Below are positions 1 through 9,544 of a stretch of 64,000 nucleotides of DNA, piece after piece; positions within the stretch are counted from its first letter, which is position 1, and every line of letters starts with the position of its first letter. Both the position numbers and the translations under genes were made by a program. The DNA comes from a virus (taxonomy: Duplodnaviria > Caudoviricetes), in IMG/VR virus record IMGVR_UViG_3300042306_000967, positions 56,951 to 120,950 of that record; one strand, given 5' to 3'. A model generated the notes under the pieces. It had not been told where the DNA came from and searched no databases. It saw nothing but the letters and a program-made list of their open reading frames with translations.

Positions 1-984
1 ATCTGCGGTTTCGTTTGTTGGTACGTTTGGTAAAACTAAACCATCAGTATCTACTATTGCAGATAGTGTTCTATTAGTAGCCCCATTAGCGTATGTATAA
101 AATGCTGCTCTACTTCCTGCTCCAGATGTTGAATAGTTTTCAGTAGCTTGAAATTCTAAACTTGTTGGAACTCCACCTACTATTGGAAAATAACTACTTG
201 TTGAATATCCTAATCCAGAAAAACGAGCTAATACATCTCCCGATAAAGTTGGTGTTGGTAATGCCGCCGTTCCTCTAGCATGTCTACCTACGAAGATAGC
301 ACCAATAGAAGAACCAAATCCATCTACAGTTACCCTTGCCGCCTGTCCATCGTTTCCCGTAACGTGAACCATACCACTCGGATTGATAACCGGTTGATAT
401 GCTCCGGATTCATTACCTATAATACTAAATGCACCAATATCCCCAGCAGGAATATTAGGTACTCTGATTTTGGTTCTTGCATCTTCAGAAATTTCAAATG
501 ATATAAATGAACCACTTTTTAATTGAAAACCTGCTGCCTGAATTGATACATTACCATCCGTATTTGATATTCTTGCGTTTCTTCCACCAATTACATCCGG
601 TGCTATATTAATAGATGCCGATTGTAAGAATATATCTCTAAACGGTCTTTCTAAAGTTCCTAATGTTGCACCTTGTGGATATAGTGGAACTAAATCTCCA
701 CCAAACTCCGTTGAACCACTAATTGAAATCGAACCACTTAATTCAGTTCTACCTACTAATGTATTATTACCAATTTGGACAGTTGAACCACTTACAAATA
801 ATGAACCCGTTGTTGTTACTGCTCCAATTATATTCTGAACACCTGTAAAATTATTTCCGCCATTAAGTACGGCATATCCACTTAAATCTTGCTCTCTACC
901 TCTTACACCGGCAGTTGAGACAGATACGTTAGTGGGTTTTGTGACAACACTAATCCTTGTTTTATTTATATTAGGAATACTCAT
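1..984 (-). CDS. Tail fibre / virion beta-rich protein, 3'-truncated by the window edge (not in ORF track)
   Basis: ATG at 984 just after the stop of the 986..1369 gene. Manual translation begins MSIPNINKTRISVVTKPTNVSVSTAGVRGREQDLSGYAVLNGGNNFTGVQNIIGAVTTTGSLFVSGSTVQIGNNTLVGRTELSGSISISGS. Gly/Ser/Thr beta-strand repeats are typical of fibres; the frame appears open to position 1. Confidence 0.65.
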   Translation of the reverse strand, partial: MSIPNINKTRISVVTKPTNVSVSTAGVRGREQDLSGYAVLNGGNNFTGVQNIIGAVTTTGSLFVSGSTVQIGNNTLVGRTELSGSISISGSTEFGGDLVPLYPQGATLGTLERPFRDIFLQSASINIAPDVIGGRNARISNTDGNVSIQAAGFQLKSGSFISFEISEDARTKIRVPNIPAGDIGAFSIIGNESGAYQPVINPSGMVHVTGNDGQAARVTVDGFGSSIGAIFVGRHARGTAALPTPTLSGDVLARFSGLGYSTSSYFPIVGGVPTSLEFQATENYSTSGAGSRAAFYTYANGATNRTLSAIVDTDGLVLPNVPTNETAD

Positions 985-985
985 T

Positions 986-1369
986 CTATCGTGTTACATT
1001 TTTGGATAAACGAACTTTACCCTCTAATAATCTATATACTTCACAACCACTTACTACTTCTAAATCATAATATGCTTCATTAAAATTTAATAATGAAGAT
1101 GATGCAGCAGATACATAAACACCTATTGAACCCGAAGATAATGGATTTGTTCCACTACTTCCACTTAAATTCAATCCCGTACCACAACTATCGGAAAGTG
1201 ATGATGAAAGATTTAGAAATATTTCAGAAGATTCAACGGCGGGTCTTACTTGCATTCTTGCGTGCATACCTGTTAAATCTATTGGATTACCAGTATCATC
1301 TGTCCAATCTAATTGAAACTCTAATGTTGCTCCCTGTTCTATTACAAATGAATATTTTGCTGCTGCCAT
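986..1369 (-). CDS. Small virion structural protein (BppU-like / Ig-like adaptor)
   Basis: IEQGAT...W.D..G.PIDLTG..ARMQVR...YYDLEV...RLLEGKV pattern of phage fibre-anchor domains; late-type motif 23 nt upstream. Confidence 0.6.
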   Translation of the reverse strand: MAAAKYSFVIEQGATLEFQLDWTDDTGNPIDLTGMHARMQVRPAVESSEIFLNLSSSLSDSCGTGLNLSGSSGTNPLSSGSIGVYVSAASSSLLNFNEAYYDLEVVSGCEVYRLLEGKVRLSKNVTR

Positions 1370-1423
1370 ATAAAAATCGGTTTAATACAACTATAAATAT
1401 AAAGTTTCTTTAAAGGGGTAAAA

Positions 1424-1461
1424 TAAAAAAAGGGAGTGATTTCTCACCCCCTTCTTTTTTT
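1424..1461 (-). terminator. Rho-independent terminator after the major capsid gene
   Basis: Minus strand AAGGGGGTGA-GAAA-TCACTCCCTT followed by a T tract, about 30 nt downstream of the capsid stop. Confidence 0.85.
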
Positions 1462-1489
1462 ATGAATCGTTAGTTAGATTACATTAAGA

Positions 1490-3145
1490 TTAGATATTAG
1501 CTAAATCTTTGATGTAAATCTTACCATAGAATTCTGGACGAACCATCTTCTTAGCGTAACGAGTCATCACACCTCTACGCGGAGTAAAGTTTTGTGGGTC
1601 GTACACTAATGGAGTCATAATCAATGGTACATATGGAGCGTAAACAGCACCAGTCTCAAGGAAGTTATTTCCTCTGAAGCCCATTAAGATTTCGTTAGAA
1701 GTCATGTAAGGGTTTTTGTACACAGTGAATCTGTTGCTCATAGAACCAACTGCAGTTACACCAGCTGCGAATTGTAAAGCGTCTTTATCAGCGTTTACAG
1801 TAAAGCCAGGAATTGATTCTAAAATAGTACATACATCAGGAGATGCAACTACGAAGTTAGCACCACCACGAAGTGTTAATTGGTGAATCTTGTTAGAAAC
1901 TTTGTTCAACTTAACACCTAATGTTTGATACCAAGAATTCTTAGTATAGTAAGTGTTTGCTCCAGAAGGAACTGAAGAACCCCATGCACCTTGACCAGTT
2001 GCACCGTTGTTTAAGTATTCTTCACCAATTGTTGCTGACCAGTATTCAGTAGTTAATGCGTTAGCTTTTAACATATCTAAAATTTCTAAATCAATCTCTA
2101 AAGAGATGTAATCAGATAACATAGAAGTTAATTCAGCTTCTGCATCAATTGAATGATAAGCGTTTAAGTCTTGCGCTAATTCAGGAGTCCATACTGCTTT
2201 CAACTTACGAGTCTTAGCAACGATAGCCTCTGATTTTAATTCAAGATCAATTTCAGGAATATCTAATGCAGTTGTTGTGTTACCTGCACTGTTAGCTGTT
2301 TGGTCTTCGAAGTCACCTCTATCGTAAGATACTGGTTGCTCAGAATAAACAACAGTTGAAGTAGAGATTGTTACACCGTTAGATGCAGAAACAAACAATA
2401 CTACGTTGTTAGAAGATACATAGTTAAATTCGTTGATGTTTGAATTTAAAGTACCAGCACCGATAGCAGTAACGTTGAATGAACGAACTGCTTCAGAATC
2501 AACAGTTGTAGGAAGTTGGTTTGCACCACCTGCTTTAGAAACTGTTAATTTGATGATTCTACCAGCTGCTACTGAAGCAGAGATTGAAGCGTCAAATCCT
2601 ACATCAGCCCAAGAAGCTGTAGCTGCAGTTGTAGTTAAAGAAGCTGCAGATGCATCGTTTACAGAGTAGCCATATCTAGCTTCACCATAAAGACCATTTT
2701 CAGCTGCATTAGTTCTACCAAAGTTAGTTGCAGAACCAGTTACGTTAGTACCACCAAAAAGTGATTTACCAGCGAACTGACCGTTAGCACCTTGAGAAGA
2801 ACCATATTTGAAATCCAAGAAGAATACAAGACCAGAAGGTAAGTTCATTGGTTGTACGCTTACGAATTCTTTTGCTGCGATTTCACCGAAGATTCTTCTT
2901 ACTAACGGTAAAGCCACACCAGACCACTCTTCAGAACCAGTAGAAGTACCAGTTTGAGTTGCCTCATCAAGCAATTGCTTTGCTTGGTTTTCTAACAATA
3001 CAGCCATGCTGTGTTGTTCTCTTTCTTTTAAACCTTCAAGAAGACCAGTTTTTTCCCATTTGCTTTTTAACTGACGAGTTTCAGCTAACATTACTGCTTG
3101 TGGGTTTTTGCCTTCCATAAGTTTTCCTAAATCAAAATTTGCCAT
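1490..3145 (-). CDS. gp23: Major capsid protein (T4 gp23 family)
   Basis: LPLVRR..., VSVQPM..PSGLVF, AKTRKLKAVWTPELAQDLNAYHSIDAEAELTSMLS, YAPYVPL...DPQNFTPRRGVMTRYA; N-terminal LLDE|A maturation-like site. Confidence 0.97.
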   Translation of the reverse strand: MANFDLGKLMEGKNPQAVMLAETRQLKSKWEKTGLLEGLKEREQHSMAVLLENQAKQLLDEATQTGTSTGSEEWSGVALPLVRRIFGEIAAKEFVSVQPMNLPSGLVFFLDFKYGSSQGANGQFAGKSLFGGTNVTGSATNFGRTNAAENGLYGEARYGYSVNDASAASLTTTAATASWADVGFDASISASVAAGRIIKLTVSKAGGANQLPTTVDSEAVRSFNVTAIGAGTLNSNINEFNYVSSNNVVLFVSASNGVTISTSTVVYSEQPVSYDRGDFEDQTANSAGNTTTALDIPEIDLELKSEAIVAKTRKLKAVWTPELAQDLNAYHSIDAEAELTSMLSDYISLEIDLEILDMLKANALTTEYWSATIGEEYLNNGATGQGAWGSSVPSGANTYYTKNSWYQTLGVKLNKVSNKIHQLTLRGGANFVVASPDVCTILESIPGFTVNADKDALQFAAGVTAVGSMSNRFTVYKNPYMTSNEILMGFRGNNFLETGAVYAPYVPLIMTPLVYDPQNFTPRRGVMTRYAKKMVRPEFYGKIYIKDLANI

Positions 3146-3170
3146 TTTATTTTATTTTTTTATGGATTGT

Positions 3171-4289
3171 TTATTTTACGATACCAGCTAATTGCTTAAA
3201 GCGGTTAGCTAATTCGTTTGAGCTTTCAGCGATGATTTCTTTTGCTGGAGCTGTTGTAGCTTGTGGCTTAGAAGCAAAACCTTCGGTCATTGTCTTCTTA
3301 GCTGCTACTTTTCTTTCAGTACCAGTAAACTTCATGCTTTCTGCTAAAGTTGCGTAAACCAATTTAACTTCTCTTACAGAAGATGTTCTGTCTAAATTCT
3401 CAACTACTTTTACTTTTTGTTCGTTAGTTAAGTTGTAAGAACGGAACAATTTGTTTGCGTAAAGTAATTTTGCGTTTAACAAATTTACTTCGTTAATAGT
3501 GCCTTTTAAAGATTTGATTGTAGAAATTGCTTCTGCCAATTCTGCTTGAAGTTTTTCTTTTTCTTCATCATGCTTTGGTTCTTCAGCTTCTTCAACTTTT
3601 TCTTCATCATCACCATATCCCATTTCACGTAAGATTTCATCTAAATCGATTTCTTCTTCATCGTGAGCTGGTTCTTCAGTTGGAACTTCTTCAGCTTCAA
3701 CTGCAGGTTCAGCAGCTACTGGTTCTTCAACCGGTGCTTCTTCACCTTCTACTGCTGGTTCTTCTTCGTGATATTCATCACCTTCTTCACCCGCAATTTG
3801 TGCTTCTAATTCTCTAATGATTGATTCTAAATCTAATTCGTCTTCGTCATCAGATTCTTCGTCATCACCAAATTCAGGAGCATCTTCACCTTCTGATTGG
3901 TATTCAGCTGCATCTTCTGCTTTATCTTCTGCAGAAGCTTCATCTTCAACTTCATTAAGGTCTTTAACTTTATCGTAGTCTTCTACTTCACCACCTACTT
4001 CCGCAGATTGGTTAGCAATACCACTTAGGTCAGTGTCATCGTTGTTTGCTTTATCAGCTGGTTGTTTGTTATCACCACCACCAATTTCGCTTGATACATC
4101 ATTGTTTTCTTCAACTTTATCTTCAACTTCTTCATCATCAGCCATTTCTGCCTGAAGTTTTTTAGAAAGGATAGATTGTAGTCTTGGAGTAAATGCTTCT
4201 TCAAGAGCGATTTTAGCGTTAGCAATAGCAGTTTCACGAACAGCTTTAGCATCAGCGATGGCTTCTTTCAACAATTTTGAACTTGCCAT
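3171..4289 (-). CDS. Prohead core scaffold protein (gp22-like)
   Basis: Very acidic coiled-coil protein directly upstream of the capsid gene; C-terminal LANRFKQLAGI helix typical of scaffolds. Confidence 0.75.
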   Translation of the reverse strand: MASSKLLKEAIADAKAVRETAIANAKIALEEAFTPRLQSILSKKLQAEMADDEEVEDKVEENNDVSSEIGGGDNKQPADKANNDDTDLSGIANQSAEVGGEVEDYDKVKDLNEVEDEASAEDKAEDAAEYQSEGEDAPEFGDDEESDDEDELDLESIIRELEAQIAGEEGDEYHEEEPAVEGEEAPVEEPVAAEPAVEAEEVPTEEPAHDEEEIDLDEILREMGYGDDEEKVEEAEEPKHDEEKEKLQAELAEAISTIKSLKGTINEVNLLNAKLLYANKLFRSYNLTNEQKVKVVENLDRTSSVREVKLVYATLAESMKFTGTERKVAAKKTMTEGFASKPQATTAPAKEIIAESSNELANRFKQLAGIVK

Positions 4290-4441
4290 TTTTTCCTTAT
4301 TTGTTAGGATTTCTTAAGCTATTGTAATGTGAGCTTAAATAGAATTATTAATTGGCGTTTTGGTCACTACTCATAGAACGAGAGTATTCATTTTACCAAT
4401 AAAAAAACGTATATAAAATACGTTATTGTATCAATAAATAT
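4290..4441 (-). promoter_or_regulatory. Late-type promoter motif plus structured 5' leader of the scaffold-capsid operon
   Basis: ATATTTAT at 4434-4441; stems AACGTAT/ATACGTT (4406-4424), TACTC/GAGTA (4368-4386), TTAAGCT/AGCTTAA (4314-4338), and TCCT/AGGA over the AAGGA SD-like site. Confidence 0.55.
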
Positions 4442-4479
4442 ATAAAAATTAATAAAAACGTAATTTTCTAAAGAATTTT

Positions 4480-5799
4480 TTAGAAAAGATAAATATAAGA
4501 TGGGTGTTTATCATCTTTTAGTTTTTGACGGATTCTTTCATCCGAACACCCAAAATGTTCTCCAGCCTCTTTAAGAGAGCAGAATTGAATTCCTTCACAC
4601 TCAATTATTGGAAGGTGTATTTTTATTTTTGAACGTAATTGTAATTCGTTCATTTCATCGTAACTGATATCATTACGTTCAACTTTTTTCCAATGACGAT
4701 ATACTGGATTATTTGATTCAAAGTAGTTTCTAGCTTCCGATTCTGATATTCCTAATTTATCCGCCACCTGTTTTGGGTTCTCAAAAGGAACTCCATCTAT
4801 TTCGTATTTAATTGTTGGATTAGTTTCTTCACCAATGATTTGCCAATCTTTGTATTTTGATTTAGTAGAACGGCATCTTCTCTCAACTTCACTTGCCACC
4901 AATTCATTTGGACTAATATCAATTGCAGCTTCTCTAAAACTTCTATAAGATTTACCATCAACCACACATTTAAACGTATCACCGTTTACAATAGATTCGG
5001 TTGCAATATCAGGATTGCCTTTTACGAATACCAATATGTTTTGATGAACCGATGCCACTTTGCGATTTCTTTCAAAGTATGTATCAACAACTCTTGATGC
5101 TTGGTGTTGTGAATTAAATAGAATCATATCGTTGTAGAAATGTAATCCAGCTTCTTCACATGCTCTAATTGTTTTCCAGACCAAACCTTTATACTTTCCA
5201 ATCTTATAATTTCCTGTGGTTGATTGTTCTCTTACTTCCGATACAACTACTGCAAAGAAACGATTATCTTTTAGTTTTTCCGCTGCTTTTCTTAAAATAG
5301 AATAATATTTTTTATCAAATGAATCTTCATCCATATTTGAAAGGTCAGCTGGGTTGTCTGTATATTTTTCTAAATCATAATAAGGTGGACAAGTAAATAC
5401 AAAGTCCTGAGTCTTATTCTGAATAGAATCTATTACCCACTCACTATCTCCTTGTATCCAATTTGGTTTTGATGATTGTTTTTTATTTGCTTCTATTTGT
5501 TCATCCGAAAGGTCTATACCATTATAGATGTATCCCATTTCAGTTGCAACTATACCTCTAACACTACCACCTGCAAATGGGTCCAATACTCTACCTTCCT
5601 CTGGACAAAACCATTCATACATCTTTTCACAAAGTGTAGCATCAAATATGGAAACGGTATTATCTTCCCAAAAACGGGCTCTACTTTGGGTATTTTCTCT
5701 ACCCAATTCTGATTGGATATTGTAGGTGTTAATCCACCATCTTTTACGTTCTTGCCATTGTTTAGAACGAGTATCTAAAATAGAGAAAGGTTTAATCAT
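4480..5799 (-). CDS. DNA amino-methyltransferase (N6A/N4C type) fused to C-terminal NUMOD1/IENR-like HTH repeats
   Basis: Motif I VLDPFAGGSVRG, motif IV FTCPPYY; C-terminal repeats VVDGKSYRSFREAA, EIDGVPFENPKQVADKLGIS, ECEGIQFCSLKEAGEHFGCS. Start moved to MIKPF (5799) because the promoter overlaps the longer start. Confidence 0.8.
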   Translation of the reverse strand: MIKPFSILDTRSKQWQERKRWWINTYNIQSELGRENTQSRARFWEDNTVSIFDATLCEKMYEWFCPEEGRVLDPFAGGSVRGIVATEMGYIYNGIDLSDEQIEANKKQSSKPNWIQGDSEWVIDSIQNKTQDFVFTCPPYYDLEKYTDNPADLSNMDEDSFDKKYYSILRKAAEKLKDNRFFAVVVSEVREQSTTGNYKIGKYKGLVWKTIRACEEAGLHFYNDMILFNSQHQASRVVDTYFERNRKVASVHQNILVFVKGNPDIATESIVNGDTFKCVVDGKSYRSFREAAIDISPNELVASEVERRCRSTKSKYKDWQIIGEETNPTIKYEIDGVPFENPKQVADKLGISESEARNYFESNNPVYRHWKKVERNDISYDEMNELQLRSKIKIHLPIIECEGIQFCSLKEAGEHFGCSDERIRQKLKDDKHPSYIYLF

Positions 5800-5803
5800 A
5801 ACA

Positions 5804-5835
5804 CAAATATACAAAAAAAGTTTGGAATTACCAAA
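5804..5835 (-). promoter_or_regulatory. Bacteroidota sigmaA-type promoter (-33 TTTG, -7 TATATTTG)
   Basis: TTTG (5832-5835), 20-nt spacer, TATATTTG (5804-5811); matches the known TTTG-N19-21-TAnnTTTG consensus. Confidence 0.75.
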
Positions 5836-5839
5836 CTTT
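5812..5839 (-). terminator. Terminator hairpin overlapping the methyltransferase promoter
   Basis: AAAGTTTGG-TAATT-CCAAACTTT followed by a T run on the minus strand, just after the stop at 5852. Confidence 0.6.
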
Positions 5840-5851
5840 CTTTATACTTTT

Positions 5852-6763
5852 TTATTCGAAATCAGGACTTTGTTCTACGTCCTTATATAAATTATCAATA
5901 TATTTTCTTTCTATATCTGCCAAATTTCTTCTATACATTTCCAATTGATTAGTTCCCTTTTTCAAAAGTGGCATCATAGCTTCCTTTTTCTTTGGGTTCT
6001 TTTCAGCAAAGTATTTAGCACCCATAGCTCTTTGTGCATCTTCCAATTCTCTAACTTTCTTTTGTACCGCTAAGTATTTTACATACATTTTAGGTACACC
6101 ACCATATAAACCAGCTTCATTTACTACTCCTTCCGGTACACAATTTGGAACTTGTCTACCACCCTTATTTTTCATACCAACTTGCTTATATCCTTTCCAA
6201 CAAGGTGAATCTTCTTTTATTGACTCACTTTTAACAACTTTACCTTTTTGTTTAAAAAGTTGTTTGATATTATCTTGTGCAGTTGAGTCATTATTTTTCC
6301 ACTTTTTAATTAAATCAAATAATTTTTTTTCATCAGAACTATTCAATGAAGCAATTTTACCTCTACCACTTCCTAGTGCCATACCATTTTTGTACCAGTA
6401 TTCAAAATCTTTTACATCATCAAATAACCAAGTTGGTAAAACTCTTATATTAAATGCTTCGTTTACCGATTCGTTTGTTCCGTATTCGTGATAGTTTCCA
6501 GCTGCTTGAGAAATATAGTTTTCTGCTTTAGAAATATGGTCTTGAATCCAAGCTGGTATTTCTTTTTCATTCTCACCCATTTTAGCTTTCAATTCAGTTG
6601 CCATCTTAATAATGGTATCTAATTGATTTTGTCCCATAGAAACTTCGTGGTCTTCACCTTCAGCTTCTTTAATGAATGCAGTTGCAAATGGATTAGAAAT
6701 TACTTTACCCATTTCAAATTTACCAAATGCTTTTTGATTTACTAATCCACCTAACTTAATCAT
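5852..6763 (-). CDS. Modular head-associated (internal) protein
   Basis: Located in the head operon; MIKL start; short modules (DHEVSM...PAWIQDHISKA; CWKGYKQVGMK.KGGRQVPNCV) separated by IKE|, VNE| sites. Confidence 0.55.
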   Translation of the reverse strand: MIKLGGLVNQKAFGKFEMGKVISNPFATAFIKEAEGEDHEVSMGQNQLDTIIKMATELKAKMGENEKEIPAWIQDHISKAENYISQAAGNYHEYGTNESVNEAFNIRVLPTWLFDDVKDFEYWYKNGMALGSGRGKIASLNSSDEKKLFDLIKKWKNNDSTAQDNIKQLFKQKGKVVKSESIKEDSPCWKGYKQVGMKNKGGRQVPNCVPEGVVNEAGLYGGVPKMYVKYLAVQKKVRELEDAQRAMGAKYFAEKNPKKKEAMMPLLKKGTNQLEMYRRNLADIERKYIDNLYKDVEQSPDFE

Positions 6764-6765
6764 AA

Positions 6766-7323
6766 TTATTTCTTTTTCATTGCAAGTCTTTCTCTCATTA
6801 CATCAGTTGGGATATCAGAGATTTCATAGTAACGATTTAAGATGTGACCCATATCTTCATATAAAGCATGTAATCTTTCATCCATTGCTTTTGCTTCAAC
6901 AGAGAACTTATCAAATTGCTTACCCAACTTATCCAACTCACTCATATTTCTTTTTACAGTTTGAGCGTCAAACCAATCGTTAGCTTCTCTTAAAGATAAT
7001 TCTTTTGCAGCTTCAACAATTGCTCCTAATGTTTCTGAAACTTCAGTCATATCTGAATTACGTTTCATTTGGTCTTGGAAAGTATTGTATGTAGATATAA
7101 TTTCTAAAAAGTGTTTTTTAACTTCTAAAGATAATTTTCTATCAGGTTGTTCTAAATTCTCCTTAATAGAAAATTTACCATCCTTAATCTTTACTTCGTT
7201 AATTGCAGTTTTACGGATATCATTGTATCCTTTAGCTATTTTATTTACCCCTTTAGGTTGTTCCACATTCAACTTAAATTTGTTGTTGTGTACATAATCA
7301 TATATGTCGAAATTCTTGCTCAT
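6766..7323 (-). CDS. Conserved head-region helical protein
   Basis: 185-aa ORF tightly coupled downstream of the prohead protease. Confidence 0.55.
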   Translation of the reverse strand: MSKNFDIYDYVHNNKFKLNVEQPKGVNKIAKGYNDIRKTAINEVKIKDGKFSIKENLEQPDRKLSLEVKKHFLEIISTYNTFQDQMKRNSDMTEVSETLGAIVEAAKELSLREANDWFDAQTVKRNMSELDKLGKQFDKFSVEAKAMDERLHALYEDMGHILNRYYEISDIPTDVMRERLAMKKK

Positions 7324-7324
7324 C

Positions 7325-7918
7325 TTATGCTATTTCAGTTATTATTTCTCTCATTAGGTCTTGTGCCTTGCAGTATTCTCCACAAACATCAGTACCAATA
7401 TTTTTTAGTGGATTTACGGATTCGTTCATTGGGACCATAAATGCACCATGTGTAGACGGGTTAGAAACAAAATCCCAACCAATCAATTCAAAATCTTCTT
7501 GTACTTCTACTTTGTTTCCACTCATAGGTCTAGTTGAACCCATACCTCTTGATGAAATACCTAATAGAATTCCAGCTTTTAATAACTCTTTAAGAATGTT
7601 ACCAGATGGAGTTCCTAATATTTCAACAGTCCCACAAAGGTCATCACCTTCCCACCAAATTTCTCTGATGTTATGTGATACGTTCTTTAAGTTAATAACG
7701 GTAGAATCCGGATGGTCTAATTCACCCAATGCTCTACGTTCTTTAATGAATGTTAAGTATTTCTTAGCTTCTCTTTCTAATATAGGCTTTGGATATACTC
7801 TACCATTCTGGTTTTCAGCACCAGCTCTTTGTAAGACACCTTTAACTAGGGTTCTTCCACCTTCATCTTCTTTTATCTTACCTTCAAATAAGTGCGTTTC
7901 TATTAAGAGTCCTTTCAT
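7325..7918 (-). CDS. gp21: Prohead protease (T4 gp21 family)
   Basis: NQNGRVYP, RALGELDHP, NVSH, GISSRGMGS (catalytic Ser), DFVSNPSTHGAF. Confidence 0.95.
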   Translation of the reverse strand: MKGLLIETHLFEGKIKEDEGGRTLVKGVLQRAGAENQNGRVYPKPILEREAKKYLTFIKERRALGELDHPDSTVINLKNVSHNIREIWWEGDDLCGTVEILGTPSGNILKELLKAGILLGISSRGMGSTRPMSGNKVEVQEDFELIGWDFVSNPSTHGAFMVPMNESVNPLKNIGTDVCGEYCKAQDLMREIITEIA

Positions 7919-7932
7919 ATTACTTTATATTC

Positions 7933-8979
7933 TTATTTAATTTTAAGAATGTTATACAAATGTAATTTTACATTCTTTCCTTCTTTATTTTTAATTACAA
8001 TTTGTTTAGTATTAGGGTCAGCAGATACAACCACTCCTTCAATTTCATCAAAGCTTTGAGAACCAGACCCTTGCCCACCATTCATTACCACGTCCATACG
8101 AACTTTTTTGCCTTTTTGTGGAAACATCTTTAAGCTGTTTTTATCGGTAGTGAATATATCTCCTTTTGAATTTGAAGGGGATATAACTTGTATTTCTACA
8201 TTTTTACTACCAACTATTTTAGATAGTCTACCAACTACTGGAGTAGATATGGTCATTCCTCTTTCGTTTTGTCCACGATTAAACCAAACCAATTCCCCTT
8301 TTGAAAAATCTTCATTTACTGATTCCATTTTACTTCTAATCTTACTAGTAATATTTCCTAATTGAGTCTTATCTAATCCTAAACCATCAACCATCTTTGC
8401 GATTAATTGAAGTTTTTGAGTTGAAGAAAGTTTTGCTGCACTAATTTTACTAATAGCAAGTTCTAATCTTTGATTGATTGCCGATGGGATTGTTGCTTTT
8501 GGTAATTCGGTTGAAATATCTTCGTTAGTTTTACCAGCTCTTAAATCTGCTAAATCATCTCCTTCAATATCACCATCACCATCAACATCTAATTTATGTT
8601 GGTCACCTTTTAATGCTTCAGTTTTTTCACCTCTACCATTCCAAGCAGAATCAACTTTATTAAAGAATGCTTTCTTTTCATCGTCTGTCATATCATTGAT
8701 ACCCTTCCCAGCTTTTTCTAAAGCTTTTTTGAAGAATGCTTGATAATCTGCTTCTTCTACCATTACTTCTTTTACAAGTTCTTTTAATCTTTCTCTTGAT
8801 ATTGTTTCTTTGTACATAGGTAATCCTTTGTGTTTTGTAGATGCATAATCTTTAGCATCTTTCTTTTTCATTGAATCTGCTGCTTTTTCAACTTCTTTAG
8901 ATGGTGCTTCCATGTCTCCTTTTTGTACTGCATGGACCATACCCATAAATCTTTGCTGTGCTTTTGATTGTGCTGGCAT
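7933..8979 (-). CDS. Modular head-associated protein (DUF3008-like N-terminus, EF-hand-like loop, beta-barrel/SH3-like C-terminus)
   Basis: MPAQSKAQQRFMGMV...ASTKHKGLP; DVDGDGDIEGDDL Ca-binding-like loop; KTE|, TNE|, VNE| junctions. Confidence 0.55.
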   Translation of the reverse strand: MPAQSKAQQRFMGMVHAVQKGDMEAPSKEVEKAADSMKKKDAKDYASTKHKGLPMYKETISRERLKELVKEVMVEEADYQAFFKKALEKAGKGINDMTDDEKKAFFNKVDSAWNGRGEKTEALKGDQHKLDVDGDGDIEGDDLADLRAGKTNEDISTELPKATIPSAINQRLELAISKISAAKLSSTQKLQLIAKMVDGLGLDKTQLGNITSKIRSKMESVNEDFSKGELVWFNRGQNERGMTISTPVVGRLSKIVGSKNVEIQVISPSNSKGDIFTTDKNSLKMFPQKGKKVRMDVVMNGGQGSGSQSFDEIEGVVVSADPNTKQIVIKNKEGKNVKLHLYNILKIK

Positions 8980-8980
8980 C

Positions 8981-9544
8981 TTATAAAGTTCTTAATTTTT
9001 CAGTTATTCCCATTAACCTTTCTCTGATTTTATATAAAGATGCATTTGTTCTTTTCCAGTAATCTTCTTTTTTAAGTCCATTTTCAGTCTTAATTTTAGA
9101 ATACCAATTAACAAACTTCTCTATTTCAGAAAGTTGTTTGTGTATATTAGAAACTCCTCTACCAACTTTTGCTCTTGGTGAAGATTCTTCTCTTTTTAAT
9201 TCTAACCATCTATTTTCTGCAACAATCATTCCACTAATATCAGCAACTTTTGCTTTATCAACTTCTTTTGCTGCAGTTGGTTTCATTGGCAATGCTTCAT
9301 CTTTACTAGCTGGCACATCACCCAACGCCCAATCCTTTTCACCTTCTTCTAAATTATCAACTACGGTTCCACCAGTTACTTTTGCTAATCTATTATTTTT
9401 CTTTGCAGTTTGTCCAGGTTTAGCAAATGCAGCAGGAGTATTATATCCTGCAACGTTTCCAGTTACACTCATTTCATCCAATGTTCTTTGAATGTTTCTT
9501 TCTCTAACGTATTTACGAATAGCTTCTTTTAATCTTGCTTCCAT
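8981..9544 (-). CDS. Head-region protein
   Basis: 187-aa ORF in the head operon; LDE|MSVTGNVAGYNTPAAF module. Confidence 0.5.
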   Translation of the reverse strand: MEARLKEAIRKYVRERNIQRTLDEMSVTGNVAGYNTPAAFAKPGQTAKKNNRLAKVTGGTVVDNLEEGEKDWALGDVPASKDEALPMKPTAAKEVDKAKVADISGMIVAENRWLELKREESSPRAKVGRGVSNIHKQLSEIEKFVNWYSKIKTENGLKKEDYWKRTNASLYKIRERLMGITEKLRTL

